Source: an uncultured virus (IMG/VR IMGVR_UViG_3300034280_000588)
Taxonomy: Duplodnaviria; Heunggongvirae; Uroviricota; Caudoviricetes
Strand: one strand, 5' to 3'
Virus record (IMG/VR): IMGVR_UViG_3300034280_000588
Length of the DNA: 64,000 nt
The notes beneath the pieces are model-generated. The model did not search any database and was not told where the DNA came from. It worked only from the letters and a program-made list of their open reading frames with translations. The position numbers were made by a program, and so were the translations under genes. This document shows positions 48,501 to 57,900 of the stretch, one piece after another. The first letter of the stretch is position 1. Every line of letters begins with the position of its first letter.

Positions 48501-51500
48501 CTATTGGTACCCCAGCATTATTTTGCATAGACTGAGCAGGTGCTGGCGCCACACCTTTCGTTTGTACACCTGTTTTAATATCAGGTGCAGGAAGACTAAA
48601 ACTTGCTTTAACAGAAAGAGGTATATTCTTAACCATCTTTTCTGATAAATTAGTTTTTAATTTTTTAATATCATCATATCCACTAACATCTGGAGTACCT
48701 TGTCTAAAGTTTTCTCTAGTTAATTTAAACCCTATAGCGTCTCTTTGATCAATAACAGCTTTATCATGCTCTTCTATACGTGAATTTATTTTAGATATCA
48801 AATCATCAATATCTTTTATGTTTACAGGATCAGTGAGTTTACTGCCATATAAACGTATTTTTCTACGTTTAATTTCTTTACCCTCAAACATATTGTAAAA
48901 AGTCAATTCCAAATTGCCAGTATCACTTACACTAAAATCAATATACATACCTTTCTTTTCGATTGGTACAGATATAAATAAATTAGCAGCTAATTCAGAG
49001 TTAAGCTTTTCATTAAAATCTACCTTTTTACGCTGATAAACTATTTCTTTTTTATCAGTGAGAGTTTCTTGTAAGTTCTTTTCTTTTGTCTCTTTGGCAC
49101 GCTCATTAATTTGTTTAATAAAATCATTAAATTTTTCTTCTTCTAAAACATCTGTATTAAGTTCTACAAATCTAATTCTACCATTATCCATTTTAATAAC
49201 GGCTACATATCTACCAAGTTGCTGAGTGGCATCTCTTTCATTTTTAACTTGTTTTACTTCTTCTTCTATTTTTCTTCTATCAGCACCAAAGGCGTTTGTT
49301 ATAACATTTTCAGTGTTACTAAATGTATATCCAGACCCATAGCGTTTAGCGCGATCTAAAATATAATAAAAACCATTAATTGTTTTATTGGGAAGATCTT
49401 CAAAAGAAACACCTGTTCCTTTAGGTACAAAATCAAATTCACCTGCACCAATTTCAAATGAAAGTATTTTATCCAGTTGTTCTTTAGAAATTTCAATCTC
49501 TTGGCCTGGTTTTGCTAAAGAACTTAAAGCAACATATACTTTTTTAGAATTTTCAAATGAATTTTTAAAATCAAGCATTTGTTTTTCAATACCTCTACCT
49601 TTCAAATCAAATATACTTCTAAATTGATTTTTTGTAAGATCACTCATTGGTACGTTTACACCACCATTAGTGATATATCTAAGAGTATCATAATTTCTTA
49701 AATATCCAATAGGTTCTCCTTTGTATACTATTTGAATTTGATATTTTTCAGAGTACTGTATAAGATTTGGATTGGTTTTTTTATCTTTTCCTCCTGCTTC
49801 CTTTGAAGAAGCTATAGTTGTATTTTGTTTTATTCTAATAGTAGTGTTTGCTTTAATATCATTAGCATTAGTTTTCTTTAAGAAGTCGTCCATTCTTGCT
49901 TGAGCTTCTGCTTCTGTTTCCCCTTGTTTTCTATGAGGATAAATTCCACTGAGTTCATTGGTTCTATAAAGTCTAAACACATCTTTATCCACTGGTTCAC
50001 CAGTGTCATATTTTTCTACTTTTTCTTTTATGGTGTAATTACTAAAATCTTTTTGACTTACAATTACAGCATCACCATACTGTCTTACTCTATTTCTAAG
50101 AAGAAGTAATTTAATAAGAGGATTATTTTTTTCTTCATCAGCTTTGGCATAAAAAGGTCCACCTTTTGTATCAACTACAAATTGTTTTCCTGTTCTATTA
50201 TCTACTAATATAAGACCGGCTCTTATTTCTGTACCTGCAAAAGGATAGTAAGAGCGATCTTTTTTAAAGTCAGCAGTATCTTTAGCAATAATGGCATCTC
50301 TAGCAGCCAAGGCTTGTTCTTTAGTAGAGTAGGTTAAAGCAACTGTTTCTTCATTTCTTTCAGACTTTGCTACTTCATATTCTCCATTACTACTAATAAT
50401 AAATAATCCATCTTTACCACTGTCTACTAACACTTCTCCTTTTTTCAATGTAGGAGGGGTAAGTTTTCTTTTTTTAGAAGGCAATTCTAATATGTCATGA
50501 TTATCTTTTCCCGTAGGAGTTTTTTCTTTTTTTAAAGCAGCTAGTTCTGTTTCAATTTCTCTTGCAATTTTATCCTGAGCATCTAATACTTCACCTGCAG
50601 GTAATTTAGAAGCATCTGTCCATTTATTTATTAAACTTAATAAATTTTTAGGAACATATTTATCAACTAAGTCCTGAACATCTTTTTCACTTGGATATTC
50701 TAATGTGGGTTTATATGTACCATCTGGTTGTTTTTCTCCCCATAATGTAGGTTTGTTTGAGTTTCTACTCCAAGTTAAAAGAAAGTCTTTTTTCTCTCCC
50801 CTCACCTCAATGTAAAATTGAGTTTCTTGTTCTGCAAACTTTGCCTCAATTATTCTATCAGTTTTAGCAGCATCTGTAGGCTTAGCTCCTTCTAAAGCTG
50901 TTAGTTCTGCGTCAACATTTTTAGAATCAATTTCTCTTTGAATTTTATCAGAAAGTATTTGACTATAAGATTTGCTCTTACCATCTATAATTTCATCTTT
51001 ACCATAAGATGATTCTAATATTTTATCACCATAAAAAAATTTAGCCACCTGTAAAGCAAGTTTAGCATCAGCTTCTGAATATCCATGCATTACAACTTGA
51101 TCACTTAATGCAGGACCTTGAACTTCAAGATCTTGAAAAATTTTAACTCCTCCGTTATATCCTCTTTTTTGAAGCTCAATCATAAAATCTTTAAACATTT
51201 CTGGAGAAAAGTCATTAAGATTTTTTAAAGAGAAATAACTTTTATGTGTTACAGATTCTTTATCATTTGTTCCATTATTAATAGAAAAAAATAACCAAGA
51301 ATTAGAATCTTTAGTTCCTGATAAAAGTCTAACATTCTTTGCAAGATATCTTTCTATTTGCGGCTTATTTACAAGAGATAACATTGCATTATAAAAACTT
51401 TCAAATGCATCTTTTGCAGTTTGTGATAAAGACGCTCTATCAGCTTTAACCATATCTAGTACTTCTTGTACAGATGTTGCATTTCTATGTTTAGGATTTG

Positions 51501-54500
51501 CTCTTAATTGAGAATCATCTATTTTTAAATAGTTTTTAATAGCATAGTCAGCATACTCTTCTCTAGACATTTTAGATAAATCTACACCTTCTGCTTTGGC
51601 AATTTTAGCTAACTCATAAGATGCACTCCAACCGAATAGTTTTTTTCTTCTTTCTATATCAGCTTTAGCATCTGTAACAACAGGAGCTACATCAGGTTTT
51701 AATCTACCTTCTTTTATGTATTCATTAAACTGTTCTTTACTCCATACTCCTTTAGACTTATTTTTTGTATTTTCAAACTGGATATCTCCTTTCTCACTAA
51801 ATCCTCTAATTACATAGTTTTGTCCAGAGTCAGAGGTAAATGTATCACCAACTTTTGGAGTTGTAGAAACAGGAGCTCCTTCTGTTGGGGTTACTGTAGG
51901 TTTTTCTGCAGTCTCATCTAATTTATCAGCAACAACTTTGGCCTCTTCTTCTGTAGCATACCCTTTGGCTACAGTGGCCCCCGTAGGACTAACCACCGTA
52001 AATGTTTCATCTTCTTTTACTACAACATGCTTTTTTTCTTCCTTATCTACATCAGCAGCTTTATAAACTTCATCAATATGATCTTTTTTAAATAATTCAC
52101 TAACTTCTTTATGAGCAGAAATCATTGAATTAATTACCAAGTTCATATTATAAGGATCAGCAAGTAAATTTACAGCATCTACATATGCTTTATTATCTTT
52201 ATTAAGACGAATGTAATCTATGATGTTTATAAAGTTTGCATCTACATCTTCTTTAGATACAACAGCCTTATTCTTAGACCTTTCATTATAAAGATTTATA
52301 AGATCAGCATAGCTCTCATAAGCTCTTTTTTCAGCAGCAGGAGAATAAGACTCATCAGAATTATCAACTATATCCTGGTAAGAGCTTTCCCATTTTTTTG
52401 CTAAGGCAAGTTCTTTTTTCTTTTGTTTTAATATTTCTTTTAAATCAGGAGTGAGCGTGTCCGTAGATTCATAGTTTTTAATCTCTGCTTCAAGATTCTT
52501 TACATGATCATTAAGTGCTTCTTCACTGCCCATTTTAGTGAGCACTTCTAAACTTGAAGCACCAATATTTTTATTTTTAGAAATCTCTGTTTGTAAAGAA
52601 GCAGCCCTTATAACAGCTTGTTTTGCTTTATGAACATTAGTAGCAAGTATCTCTATAGCATCTTCTAGTGCTTTCTTTGATATCTTTGCTTGCGCATATT
52701 CTTCAGGGGTATTATATTTATATAACTCAGGAAGCACCTTATCACCATACTTATCTTTTAAATTTTCATAAGTGGTGTAATATTCATCCATTTGATTTGC
52801 AATGTTTTCCATAAAGGATTTTACATTGCCTCTATTTTTTTCTGTAGCATCAATTCCATATGCATCTTTAAATTCCTCATCTGTCATGTTAGAACCAGCT
52901 CTTTTAATAGTGTCTCTAACAGTTTCAAACATGTTTAATTTAATAGCACTACTTACAGTTTTTGCAAAAGCAGAATCCTTTGCATTATAAAAAACATATT
53001 TATTATGATTTTTAGCTGCCTCATCCATTGTCTCAGCAGCTTTATTATTTATCTTAACATTTGCAATCCACTCTTTTTTAAATTGTGTGGGATCTGCATA
53101 TAGAGAATTAACAAGAGCAATGCTTTCCTTTGCTCTTTCTTTTCTTGTTAAATAATCAGGATCTTCTTTTTTCTTTCTACTCTCTTCTATAGACTGATTA
53201 ACCTTACTAATAATTTTAGTGCCAGGAGATATTAATGCACCAGTTAACGCGCCCATTAAGAATGTTCGCATACCTTCAGAGCTGGTAATAGGATTTTCTA
53301 TACTGTCTATAATGCGTTGCATCTTTCCACTATGCCCCTGTTTACCATGATAAAGATCATAGTAATAGCCGCTTAAACCTTTATTTGAAGCATCCTGTAT
53401 AAGTTCTTGAACACCTTCCAATCCTTCTATTCTGGTGAGCCCCTTTCCTAACATTTTAGTAGCTTCCCAACCTGCTTTTGTTTTTCCAAAATCTTGAGCA
53501 ATACTTCTTACAGCACCTAATTCTCCAAAGAACCAGCTTTTTGAATATGCTTTAGTCAAATCTTTTCCTGCTACCTTACCTGTCACTTGGAATGCTTCCT
53601 CTGCAAGGGGTGCCGCTGCTTCATTAAAAATGTTTCTAGTGCGACTAAAACTTTTGAACATGTTATTAAACTGTAATCTATTCATTACAGAAATAACACC
53701 TACGTTTGTCCAAAAATTGTCATGAGAGGCATCTTCTGCCTTTTTATTTATTTTTTCAAGGTCGTCTCCATCTGGATTTTTTCCATTGGCTTCTATATAT
53801 TCATTTACAAGTTTATCTCTTAATTCTTTAAATGTACTAGCCGCTTCAAATATTGATTCAGAACGTGCCATGTTAAATTCACTAAGTGCACGTTTTACCC
53901 CACCTAGAGTAGTCATTGCTAATTGTCCATACCCTGCGCCAGCTTTACCAAGCTTATAAAGATCTTGAAATCCACTATATAAAGGAACAATAGTTCTAGC
54001 AGCATTATTGAATGCATTAGTGACTCTTGCAGAACTAGTTACAATTTCTGTAGCTTTGTTAACATCATTAACAATTTCACCTAATGTTGTAGCAGTTTTT
54101 ACACCTCTTGCAATATTTAATCCTTTTAAACCTGCACCAACTATATTTCCAAGACCTGCTGTAAGATATGTTTCTAAAGCAAATTGTGCCATGGCACCTA
54201 CAGTAAATCCAGCTTGCTGAAACATATTACCAAAGAACTGACGATTAAAATATCCATCTTTAGACTCCGCTGTATCAAATATTGCATATTTATTAAAGAT
54301 GTCTTCCTGTTCTTTAGCTATATCATATCTCTCTTCAGGGGTTCCCATTAGTTTGGTAGAATCCCATGTAGACAAAGCTTGAGCCATTCTTGCCCATCCT
54401 TTCCATCCTTCAGCAAACGTGTTTACAGCAATTTCACCAAATCCACCAAGTGCTTTTCCAATAGTATCTCCCCAAGTCATAGCTCTGCCATATCTATATT

Positions 54501-54942
54501 CTTGTTCAGCACCTAAACTAGGAATATATCCAAATGTTTTAAAATCATCTGATTGAACATATCTTTCAAAATCCTCTCCTTTACCAACACTTAATGGTTG
54601 GCTTATTGCAGAATAAGTTGGAGCACCATTGATTGCTTCAGAAAGCTTTTGTGTATTTTTCTGAGGATCAAAATAAAAAGGAGAAACATTCCCCCCACTT
54701 CCTTCCAGTCCAGAAGGGTAGTTATTTAAAAGATTTTTTGTAGCATCTAAGTAAGCATTTGTTTCATTGATCAAATCAGTGATGCTTTTTCCACCTACTG
54801 TTTTATAGGGAAAACGTGACTCTATAGATGCTTCATCCATTAAGTCTTTATTTACAGTATCTGCCTTTCTCTCGTAGTAAGAAAAACCTAAAGGAATGTC
54901 AGGCAAACCTATCCCTAACTTTGCTGGTTCTGGAGGATTCAT
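39553..54942 (-). CDS. crAss-like virion RNA polymerase multidomain protein with zincin-like motif
   Basis: 5129 aa; GVRIPSQ..HS and ISGADFDIDKLY (DFDID at 43294-43308); HEAFH..EEYMAD at about 47911. Confidence 0.9.
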   Translation of the reverse strand: MNPPEPAKLGIGLPDIPLGFSYYERKADTVNKDLMDEASIESRFPYKTVGGKSITDLINETNAYLDATKNLLNNYPSGLEGSGGNVSPFYFDPQKNTQKLSEAINGAPTYSAISQPLSVGKGEDFERYVQSDDFKTFGYIPSLGAEQEYRYGRAMTWGDTIGKALGGFGEIAVNTFAEGWKGWARMAQALSTWDSTKLMGTPEERYDIAKEQEDIFNKYAIFDTAESKDGYFNRQFFGNMFQQAGFTVGAMAQFALETYLTAGLGNIVGAGLKGLNIARGVKTATTLGEIVNDVNKATEIVTSSARVTNAFNNAARTIVPLYSGFQDLYKLGKAGAGYGQLAMTTLGGVKRALSEFNMARSESIFEAASTFKELRDKLVNEYIEANGKNPDGDDLEKINKKAEDASHDNFWTNVGVISVMNRLQFNNMFKSFSRTRNIFNEAAAPLAEEAFQVTGKVAGKDLTKAYSKSWFFGELGAVRSIAQDFGKTKAGWEATKMLGKGLTRIEGLEGVQELIQDASNKGLSGYYYDLYHGKQGHSGKMQRIIDSIENPITSSEGMRTFLMGALTGALISPGTKIISKVNQSIEESRKKKEDPDYLTRKERAKESIALVNSLYADPTQFKKEWIANVKINNKAAETMDEAAKNHNKYVFYNAKDSAFAKTVSSAIKLNMFETVRDTIKRAGSNMTDEEFKDAYGIDATEKNRGNVKSFMENIANQMDEYYTTYENLKDKYGDKVLPELYKYNTPEEYAQAKISKKALEDAIEILATNVHKAKQAVIRAASLQTEISKNKNIGASSLEVLTKMGSEEALNDHVKNLEAEIKNYESTDTLTPDLKEILKQKKKELALAKKWESSYQDIVDNSDESYSPAAEKRAYESYADLINLYNERSKNKAVVSKEDVDANFINIIDYIRLNKDNKAYVDAVNLLADPYNMNLVINSMISAHKEVSELFKKDHIDEVYKAADVDKEEKKHVVVKEDETFTVVSPTGATVAKGYATEEEAKVVADKLDETAEKPTVTPTEGAPVSTTPKVGDTFTSDSGQNYVIRGFSEKGDIQFENTKNKSKGVWSKEQFNEYIKEGRLKPDVAPVVTDAKADIERRKKLFGWSASYELAKIAKAEGVDLSKMSREEYADYAIKNYLKIDDSQLRANPKHRNATSVQEVLDMVKADRASLSQTAKDAFESFYNAMLSLVNKPQIERYLAKNVRLLSGTKDSNSWLFFSINNGTNDKESVTHKSYFSLKNLNDFSPEMFKDFMIELQKRGYNGGVKIFQDLEVQGPALSDQVVMHGYSEADAKLALQVAKFFYGDKILESSYGKDEIIDGKSKSYSQILSDKIQREIDSKNVDAELTALEGAKPTDAAKTDRIIEAKFAEQETQFYIEVRGEKKDFLLTWSRNSNKPTLWGEKQPDGTYKPTLEYPSEKDVQDLVDKYVPKNLLSLINKWTDASKLPAGEVLDAQDKIAREIETELAALKKEKTPTGKDNHDILELPSKKRKLTPPTLKKGEVLVDSGKDGLFIISSNGEYEVAKSERNEETVALTYSTKEQALAARDAIIAKDTADFKKDRSYYPFAGTEIRAGLILVDNRTGKQFVVDTKGGPFYAKADEEKNNPLIKLLLLRNRVRQYGDAVIVSQKDFSNYTIKEKVEKYDTGEPVDKDVFRLYRTNELSGIYPHRKQGETEAEAQARMDDFLKKTNANDIKANTTIRIKQNTTIASSKEAGGKDKKTNPNLIQYSEKYQIQIVYKGEPIGYLRNYDTLRYITNGGVNVPMSDLTKNQFRSIFDLKGRGIEKQMLDFKNSFENSKKVYVALSSLAKPGQEIEISKEQLDKILSFEIGAGEFDFVPKGTGVSFEDLPNKTINGFYYILDRAKRYGSGYTFSNTENVITNAFGADRRKIEEEVKQVKNERDATQQLGRYVAVIKMDNGRIRFVELNTDVLEEEKFNDFIKQINERAKETKEKNLQETLTDKKEIVYQRKKVDFNEKLNSELAANLFISVPIEKKGMYIDFSVSDTGNLELTFYNMFEGKEIKRRKIRLYGSKLTDPVNIKDIDDLISKINSRIEEHDKAVIDQRDAIGFKLTRENFRQGTPDVSGYDDIKKLKTNLSEKMVKNIPLSVKASFSLPAPDIKTGVQTKGVAPAPAQSMQNNAGVPIDENLRARFLKEMGIGASPSVQEKEETPVEKTKLEETGLSPAQQIRDNIKKLEAEREIEAQKILEEKVKAGMRSGEALRLSNDEAVDLFKDRINAEKAKLNELRNSNRNMAPKVVNKPTFDATSVVNIDQFKKYVGRILGDIVSVEDMDLLATNLKNGNITVGRFLTYLQKLQNGKTQVRGRIEVGENSPFKYHEAFHAVFRLMLTDKEINKFLAYAKLEVKKELAKEGKTLASEIKAMRELHTIYADMTDAELENRYYEEYMADKFDEWKMNQDSKKILPGIRGLFQKIWDFIKGLFGKFTSNELTGLFREIDRGKYKNSNIKDNRFTKPDALSINEPALKAIKIGEDYVDDENGDIIPIDKYLPQQEGDQIASTIASMFHVRALNTETGKYNKKEILNGIIDDFLELYNPRGSRKEFYYDEQTKLMDIDPAQAKAYMNKLDQKFNIFYRKENRETLMEAVDVHLNIMGYQQELEDDEFTTTEEEFGTRVTTDNWKETHSIGGFGSLSKFLRQYIASTSYVIDRDEFGNTEMVNGEPLIQSVNANLVYGGILKAVANITDQKKFINRLLYLRDNNTETGKFLNKFFDEVGLVIDPNTGDFDITNPKQATLFQMVVKGFQQYTVDYIFMNKDIRNKGRVTRLMLANRMGAAKTQFTQWQNAYIHQFETPVLALKSEEERREFAKEKSLSFQELLSAHDPGVYFSDERLDDLSQDLSNRLKEDLGISLSPLYIKFSIAASKQPDLRTENQRRLAESYSEVGPMDLNGLKAIVKSIQALENPFAKNIDSLNDENMPITGEEDGEEEADSLGEGGNISRLNELAKGNAVFDETVSGTSYRNAEGELVYAHQLPTFHLVKINSLNDIDELNKIKLDDFLEQNHLLSSEDFKSLLGNLRVQRIEGMKSSILKENETGELIEDKTIQANQNEGITYGSFSDREFLISLLELYQYNKEHRGENGNRFMTSNHLIRVIEASNTGDTIALPVNKVVTSTTSGKVSLSQEAINIINKEVVREFNRIKKVRAEIKSGIYPDGEIQGYHYAVDGDGRRTDKKKPRGLKFYKMANMLGTELADELEQDSLDDAFDIASKNTKINSRIKEYWEKQIEDFVKLANDLGVVTVSKSEEGNEEEIQNNLVDDFLRIGFTKKENGKDVIDERRNDLLNIKPGNLRHNLGQILINDYINTLSINQILYGDEAKAFKDEIDIIKRARGANGSGPSLYSVVTSPELGITEAFTKSYMLTFTSPKFKANYAGGLKNKADAQSYQTVKSMRYTLHGLGQLTPAIAKILDKLEAGQELTEKEIFGSGGLKDMEAMFNSKKLVYFDGLQYIKTSTVMLTKEFTSMKVNGKWVAIPGSEELHELRERMEKFEKDNNTVVFAGDRESSKGIKRNIFDHSLGFQNAKDENFVKQDTNYWRLQLVNPSNKIQITDPSQAKQIILSEQEDSTPVTFMGRSTKEDGSQLTIGDIKKMYLSDVDQRVTNNYTRSRDEIFNIDSAYSELGKSMDQGKISPQLQKFQKRAVETLRSTGADSQLIDFFSLGEDGKPKYNLNNNITLDKYTQLFLAYFSKGVMSEKTPGHSVALMSNYGKQVVKIFTGRYDEEGNPIGTVVDERVIKQNPNRYIKNAKRWNNSIDRKFEQMKKGDIYVDDLRHNVPEYDKNGKIIGRYTEFIMPAHYAEYFNLKPGEPIPDHIAKMFGVRIPSQAKHSFVALRLVGFMPAYYGSTAIFPHELIEISGADFDIDKLYMHIYDTYVKDGQRFPYGTETSKEGKFEEYVRWNANNNKAFRDVLQELKETNPIYQELSKKYKEYKKLTKDLDEFRIFESVYFSEELGGKITADERQAIIDMGKKWVNEFKDLVKKLDGVEQKLIAQALGSLKLPSNVLDYAKSKKELNNGVLNNRILEQKLLMLTNEHVISGGSRSIAFEVASLTALTNLLDPNVAGNLIDLLSTENENGQKVLPTEIENILTEGGVDVDSIIGKYKAFKNNKEGSRNIGAAVNSMLTYAILNNFKINLRDTFKDAKGKKVKMYKIKINGHTFDSYSHSNSYNAATGKYDGEDRITNIISTLVSAMTDNAKERLAARLGLNMEALGYVSNMVAQGVPLKSSILLMLQPAVREYFELTKIASNNIKTNEESKIYKSQVAKKLFEKYKKLAGDDYVKEDLTDDIMVSNIKNNGSSAIYQASVLEDFIGISNQTKYFSDVAQVLKLVKGLGTSWEDYDGINNKIEKLGLRNQNDDAFEKFIPEGRKTPPPFDLRQVFMGYDESKQSHYISKWIKIADQINDLSKSMFLERTSVFKRIENIVKDNLSVRASLKDKFNVDLKRDLISYLSIKAYRKFLADRGRAGTLSTMTNALIYDEGAIAKGDKFSDIVDVIRTIRQKLPNNYIAKRFLNVISTTIVNAKGEAGLNPKNKDGFNKLESNTWAKLNEYQIEKLRDSFIEIYQSDIDFDGNGRNGRDMANALFNYLLVKDGGQFRSNSFIKFIPNFMFTDLMQSTGIANDVLKLNMVTTKNIDEEYKKVFGLTANDLFNEFMHIYTRHVGNGYYVRSMTLFAEPKFKDVGNKNVDGFEPKSVVIDGDKIKIDIFNGARIKEKQKAFTEEEESEITWMDDADYYTMLAEETEKFSQLDEEGKKEWIKKEEEAAKAKADSFKYSPDEKKRFAKNMDSLRAKGFYTNKKGEVVFPYIIKQSIKPEGKKYFENTFFVLKSVTKAQKQPKGSPKRMIQPGETVASGVKAVYQKIERKGSSKTFKAGEVFDPIPDTAKLPRYRKLTTNPSSYNPYYERAFSDPEKEEMWMINRGFVKPGETSVTQKKEIATAATKNVTGTPKEILAREGITFTFDTASKSFKFVGDVWDAIPDDAKKTVKTPGQLVYMLGYDITSSAPQIKGNETLGETPIVDENLTEEKAKELGVTDTALRNRFLAALGMGDNEKPSQASKNVPAVGSKEEKLGITDMEKRKEFERLMGFGSIKSDDTKLDDDNPLNDRCAQP

Positions 54943-54947
54943 TATAG

Positions 54948-57900
54948 TTATTGTATTTTAATTGAACTCAAAATATTATTAAGTTGACCCATATCAGTTG
55001 TAGATAGCCCAGCTGGACTTCTTTGTTTTTGCTGGTTATAATTCATTCTTGAGCTAAGATACGGAACTAAGTAGTTCATACGTATAACATTTTTTAATTC
55101 TGGATAAGTCATTGTGGACATATTGTAAGGCAACTCAGTAGTAATATTGTCATTTAAATAGGCTCCTGTAGTAGGATCTTGTTTCTGTGCTGTAATATAA
55201 ATCTTTCCGTCATCACTTTGAGTGCTGTTTGGCAGTATTTCCACTTTGATTCCAAGATTTGTAAAATCATACATTGTATGAACAGCCCCCGCATTTCTTA
55301 TTTTAAGATATTCATTTTGATCATTGATCACTGCAAAGTTTTGAAGTATCTCTGGAATACCCCTTCCTGCTCCCAAATTAATTGGAAAAGTGTATGTTCC
55401 TCCCCAATGAGTTTCTTCTGCTTTAGTTTCATCCTTCTTAGCATCTCGTAAAGTTACTTCAAGAGCAAGTCCCTGATTATTAAGAGAAGAACTTGAATGC
55501 ACCTTTAATGATGTGACATTTTTAGGATCTTTTAAAGCAGTTCTAATCCTGTCTATTTCTTCAGGTTTATCTAACACTGTTGCTGTCGTTCCTGATCCAG
55601 AAAATACAATTCCCGTATGTTGATAGGGACCATCAATTGTTTTTACCAAGTTATCTTTTACATCACCTGTAACATCCCAAATAGGATTTGCTTTAAAATC
55701 ACTATCTGCAGATACGTTTTGATCAATGGGTATTTGTGTGTAAAGTTTTGTCAATTTTGCTTGAAAATCAGAACTGTTCATTGGGAAAGCAGCTTTTTCA
55801 TAATCTGTATTAAGCGTATAATAGTAGCTATTATTTCCCATTTTCATTGTAACCTTTCCAGGAAGCCATGTTCCTGTTTTACCCTGATATGTACCAGGCT
55901 GAATTGTAACAACAGTTTTTCCATTTAAATAACCTTCAGCAATTAAATTTTTTAATTCAGGAGTAAGGGCTACAACATCATCACTAAAAAATCTAGAACC
56001 TGTAACTTTAACCTGAGGAATCCTATCTAAACTTTTTAAAATATTTTCTTTTGTTATAACCTGCCCATTTTCTATCAATCCCCTATATTCAGGATTATTA
56101 GCAGCTATTTTCATCACCACATCTTTGGCTTTTTTTAACATACCAGCTTGTTGCTGCATACTTTGCAAGTCATTTTTATGATCTTGCCATTGCATCAGTT
56201 GTTGTAAATTTTCTGGCTTTTGTAAAGCATTCCAACCAACTCCTGAAAGTGATAAGTCTAAAAGTTCATGAAAATCTATTTTACCAGGATCAACACCATG
56301 TAGCTGACGAAGCTTATTTAGTGCAGCTTCATTTCCAGTTTGTTTAGAGAATGCAAATAGTGAAGAATAAACATCTCTTAAAGCAGCTTTTTCTTTTTCT
56401 GTAGGAGTGTATTTTTGCTCGTTAGCAGTGGCTTGCTCATAATTTCTAAAATAATCTCTAATAACAGGCATATAATTTCTGTCAACGCCCATATTTTCTA
56501 ATATGCCAACAGCTCCTCCATTGGTACCAATAAGATTGTTTAAAGCATCTGCTCTTTTTAAAGCAAGTTTAGATTGAAGCGTGCTAATATAATTTAAAGG
56601 ACGAGATATGTCGCTAGCACTCATACCACTAAATGTTAGTGGACTCTTTTTTGCCCGTGTTGTAGTAGTACCATCAGCATTAGTTACTGTTTCTGTTCCT
56701 TCTAATTTACCTGTAATAGGTTGGTCTGCTTTTTTCCAATCAAATATATCTTCTTTAAGATCCTGCCCTCTTTCTGATATATCTGTTTTTCTCATTGCAT
56801 TTAATATTGATGCAAATGTTTTTTGTATTTCAATATCAGAATTTAGTGCTGAGAAATAAGCATCATTTTTCTTAATGGTTATTTTTTCAGAAGCAGACTT
56901 TATATTAGAAAAACTAGTTATATCCTGTTCTCTATACTGAGAAGAAAAGATTTCTTTTGGATTTTCTGTAAAAGATTTTATATATTTTAATCTTTTTTCC
57001 TCACTGCTCTTTTTATCTCCACCAAACTCATTATCATAATCTTGTTTAAGAGAGTTATACTGACCAAGATTTTGTTTTAAAGCCATTGCTCTACTAGTAA
57101 GTTCTGCATTTTTTTGTTGACCATCTGGTGTAGAAAGATCAATCACACTTTTTTCAGCTTGTATTTCTTTAAGTTCTTTTTCTAAATCACCTTGTATTTG
57201 TGAAATATATTCTTTCCTTCTATTTTTATATTTATCATAGCTGGTTGTAGCATATTCTAAAATTGTTTGTTTTTCATCTTTTTCCTGGGCTTTACCCTGA
57301 TCTAAAAGTTGTTCATAAGTGGCTTCACCTAATATATTAGATTGTTGTGTATATAATGGATCACTAAGCAATACTTCTTGTGCAAATTGCCTATAGTTTT
57401 TCTTGAATTTAACACCGTCTTTTACACCTGTAATATATGTACCACCATCAATATCTTGGAATGTTTCAAACCCATAATCTTTTACAGCCTTAGTTAGTAT
57501 TTCTTGAGGATTAATATACGCCCAAGATTTTCTACCCATCACTTTATAATTTGAAACATTTCCATTTCCTGTTTTTAAACTATCCAAATCTCTTTTAAGC
57601 CAGTCATATATTTGAGGATTAAATTTACGTCTTGTTTCTAAATCGTCAGAGTTTCTCCAAGATTCCATTTTTTCAAGCTCTTTTTTATTTTGAGCAGTAT
57701 AATAAGCATCGTATATAAATGCTTTATCTGTAATCATTGGCTCAAACAAACTATTTGCAGCGTTAACGTTTTCTTGTAAAGAAAAATCAGAACCAGCTAA
57801 TTTTTGTAGCTGCACATCTGCATTTTTAAAATACTGATTTCTGCGTTCTATATTAGTTGGATCTGTAAGTTGTTTCCTAAGAGCACTATAAGAACTTGAA

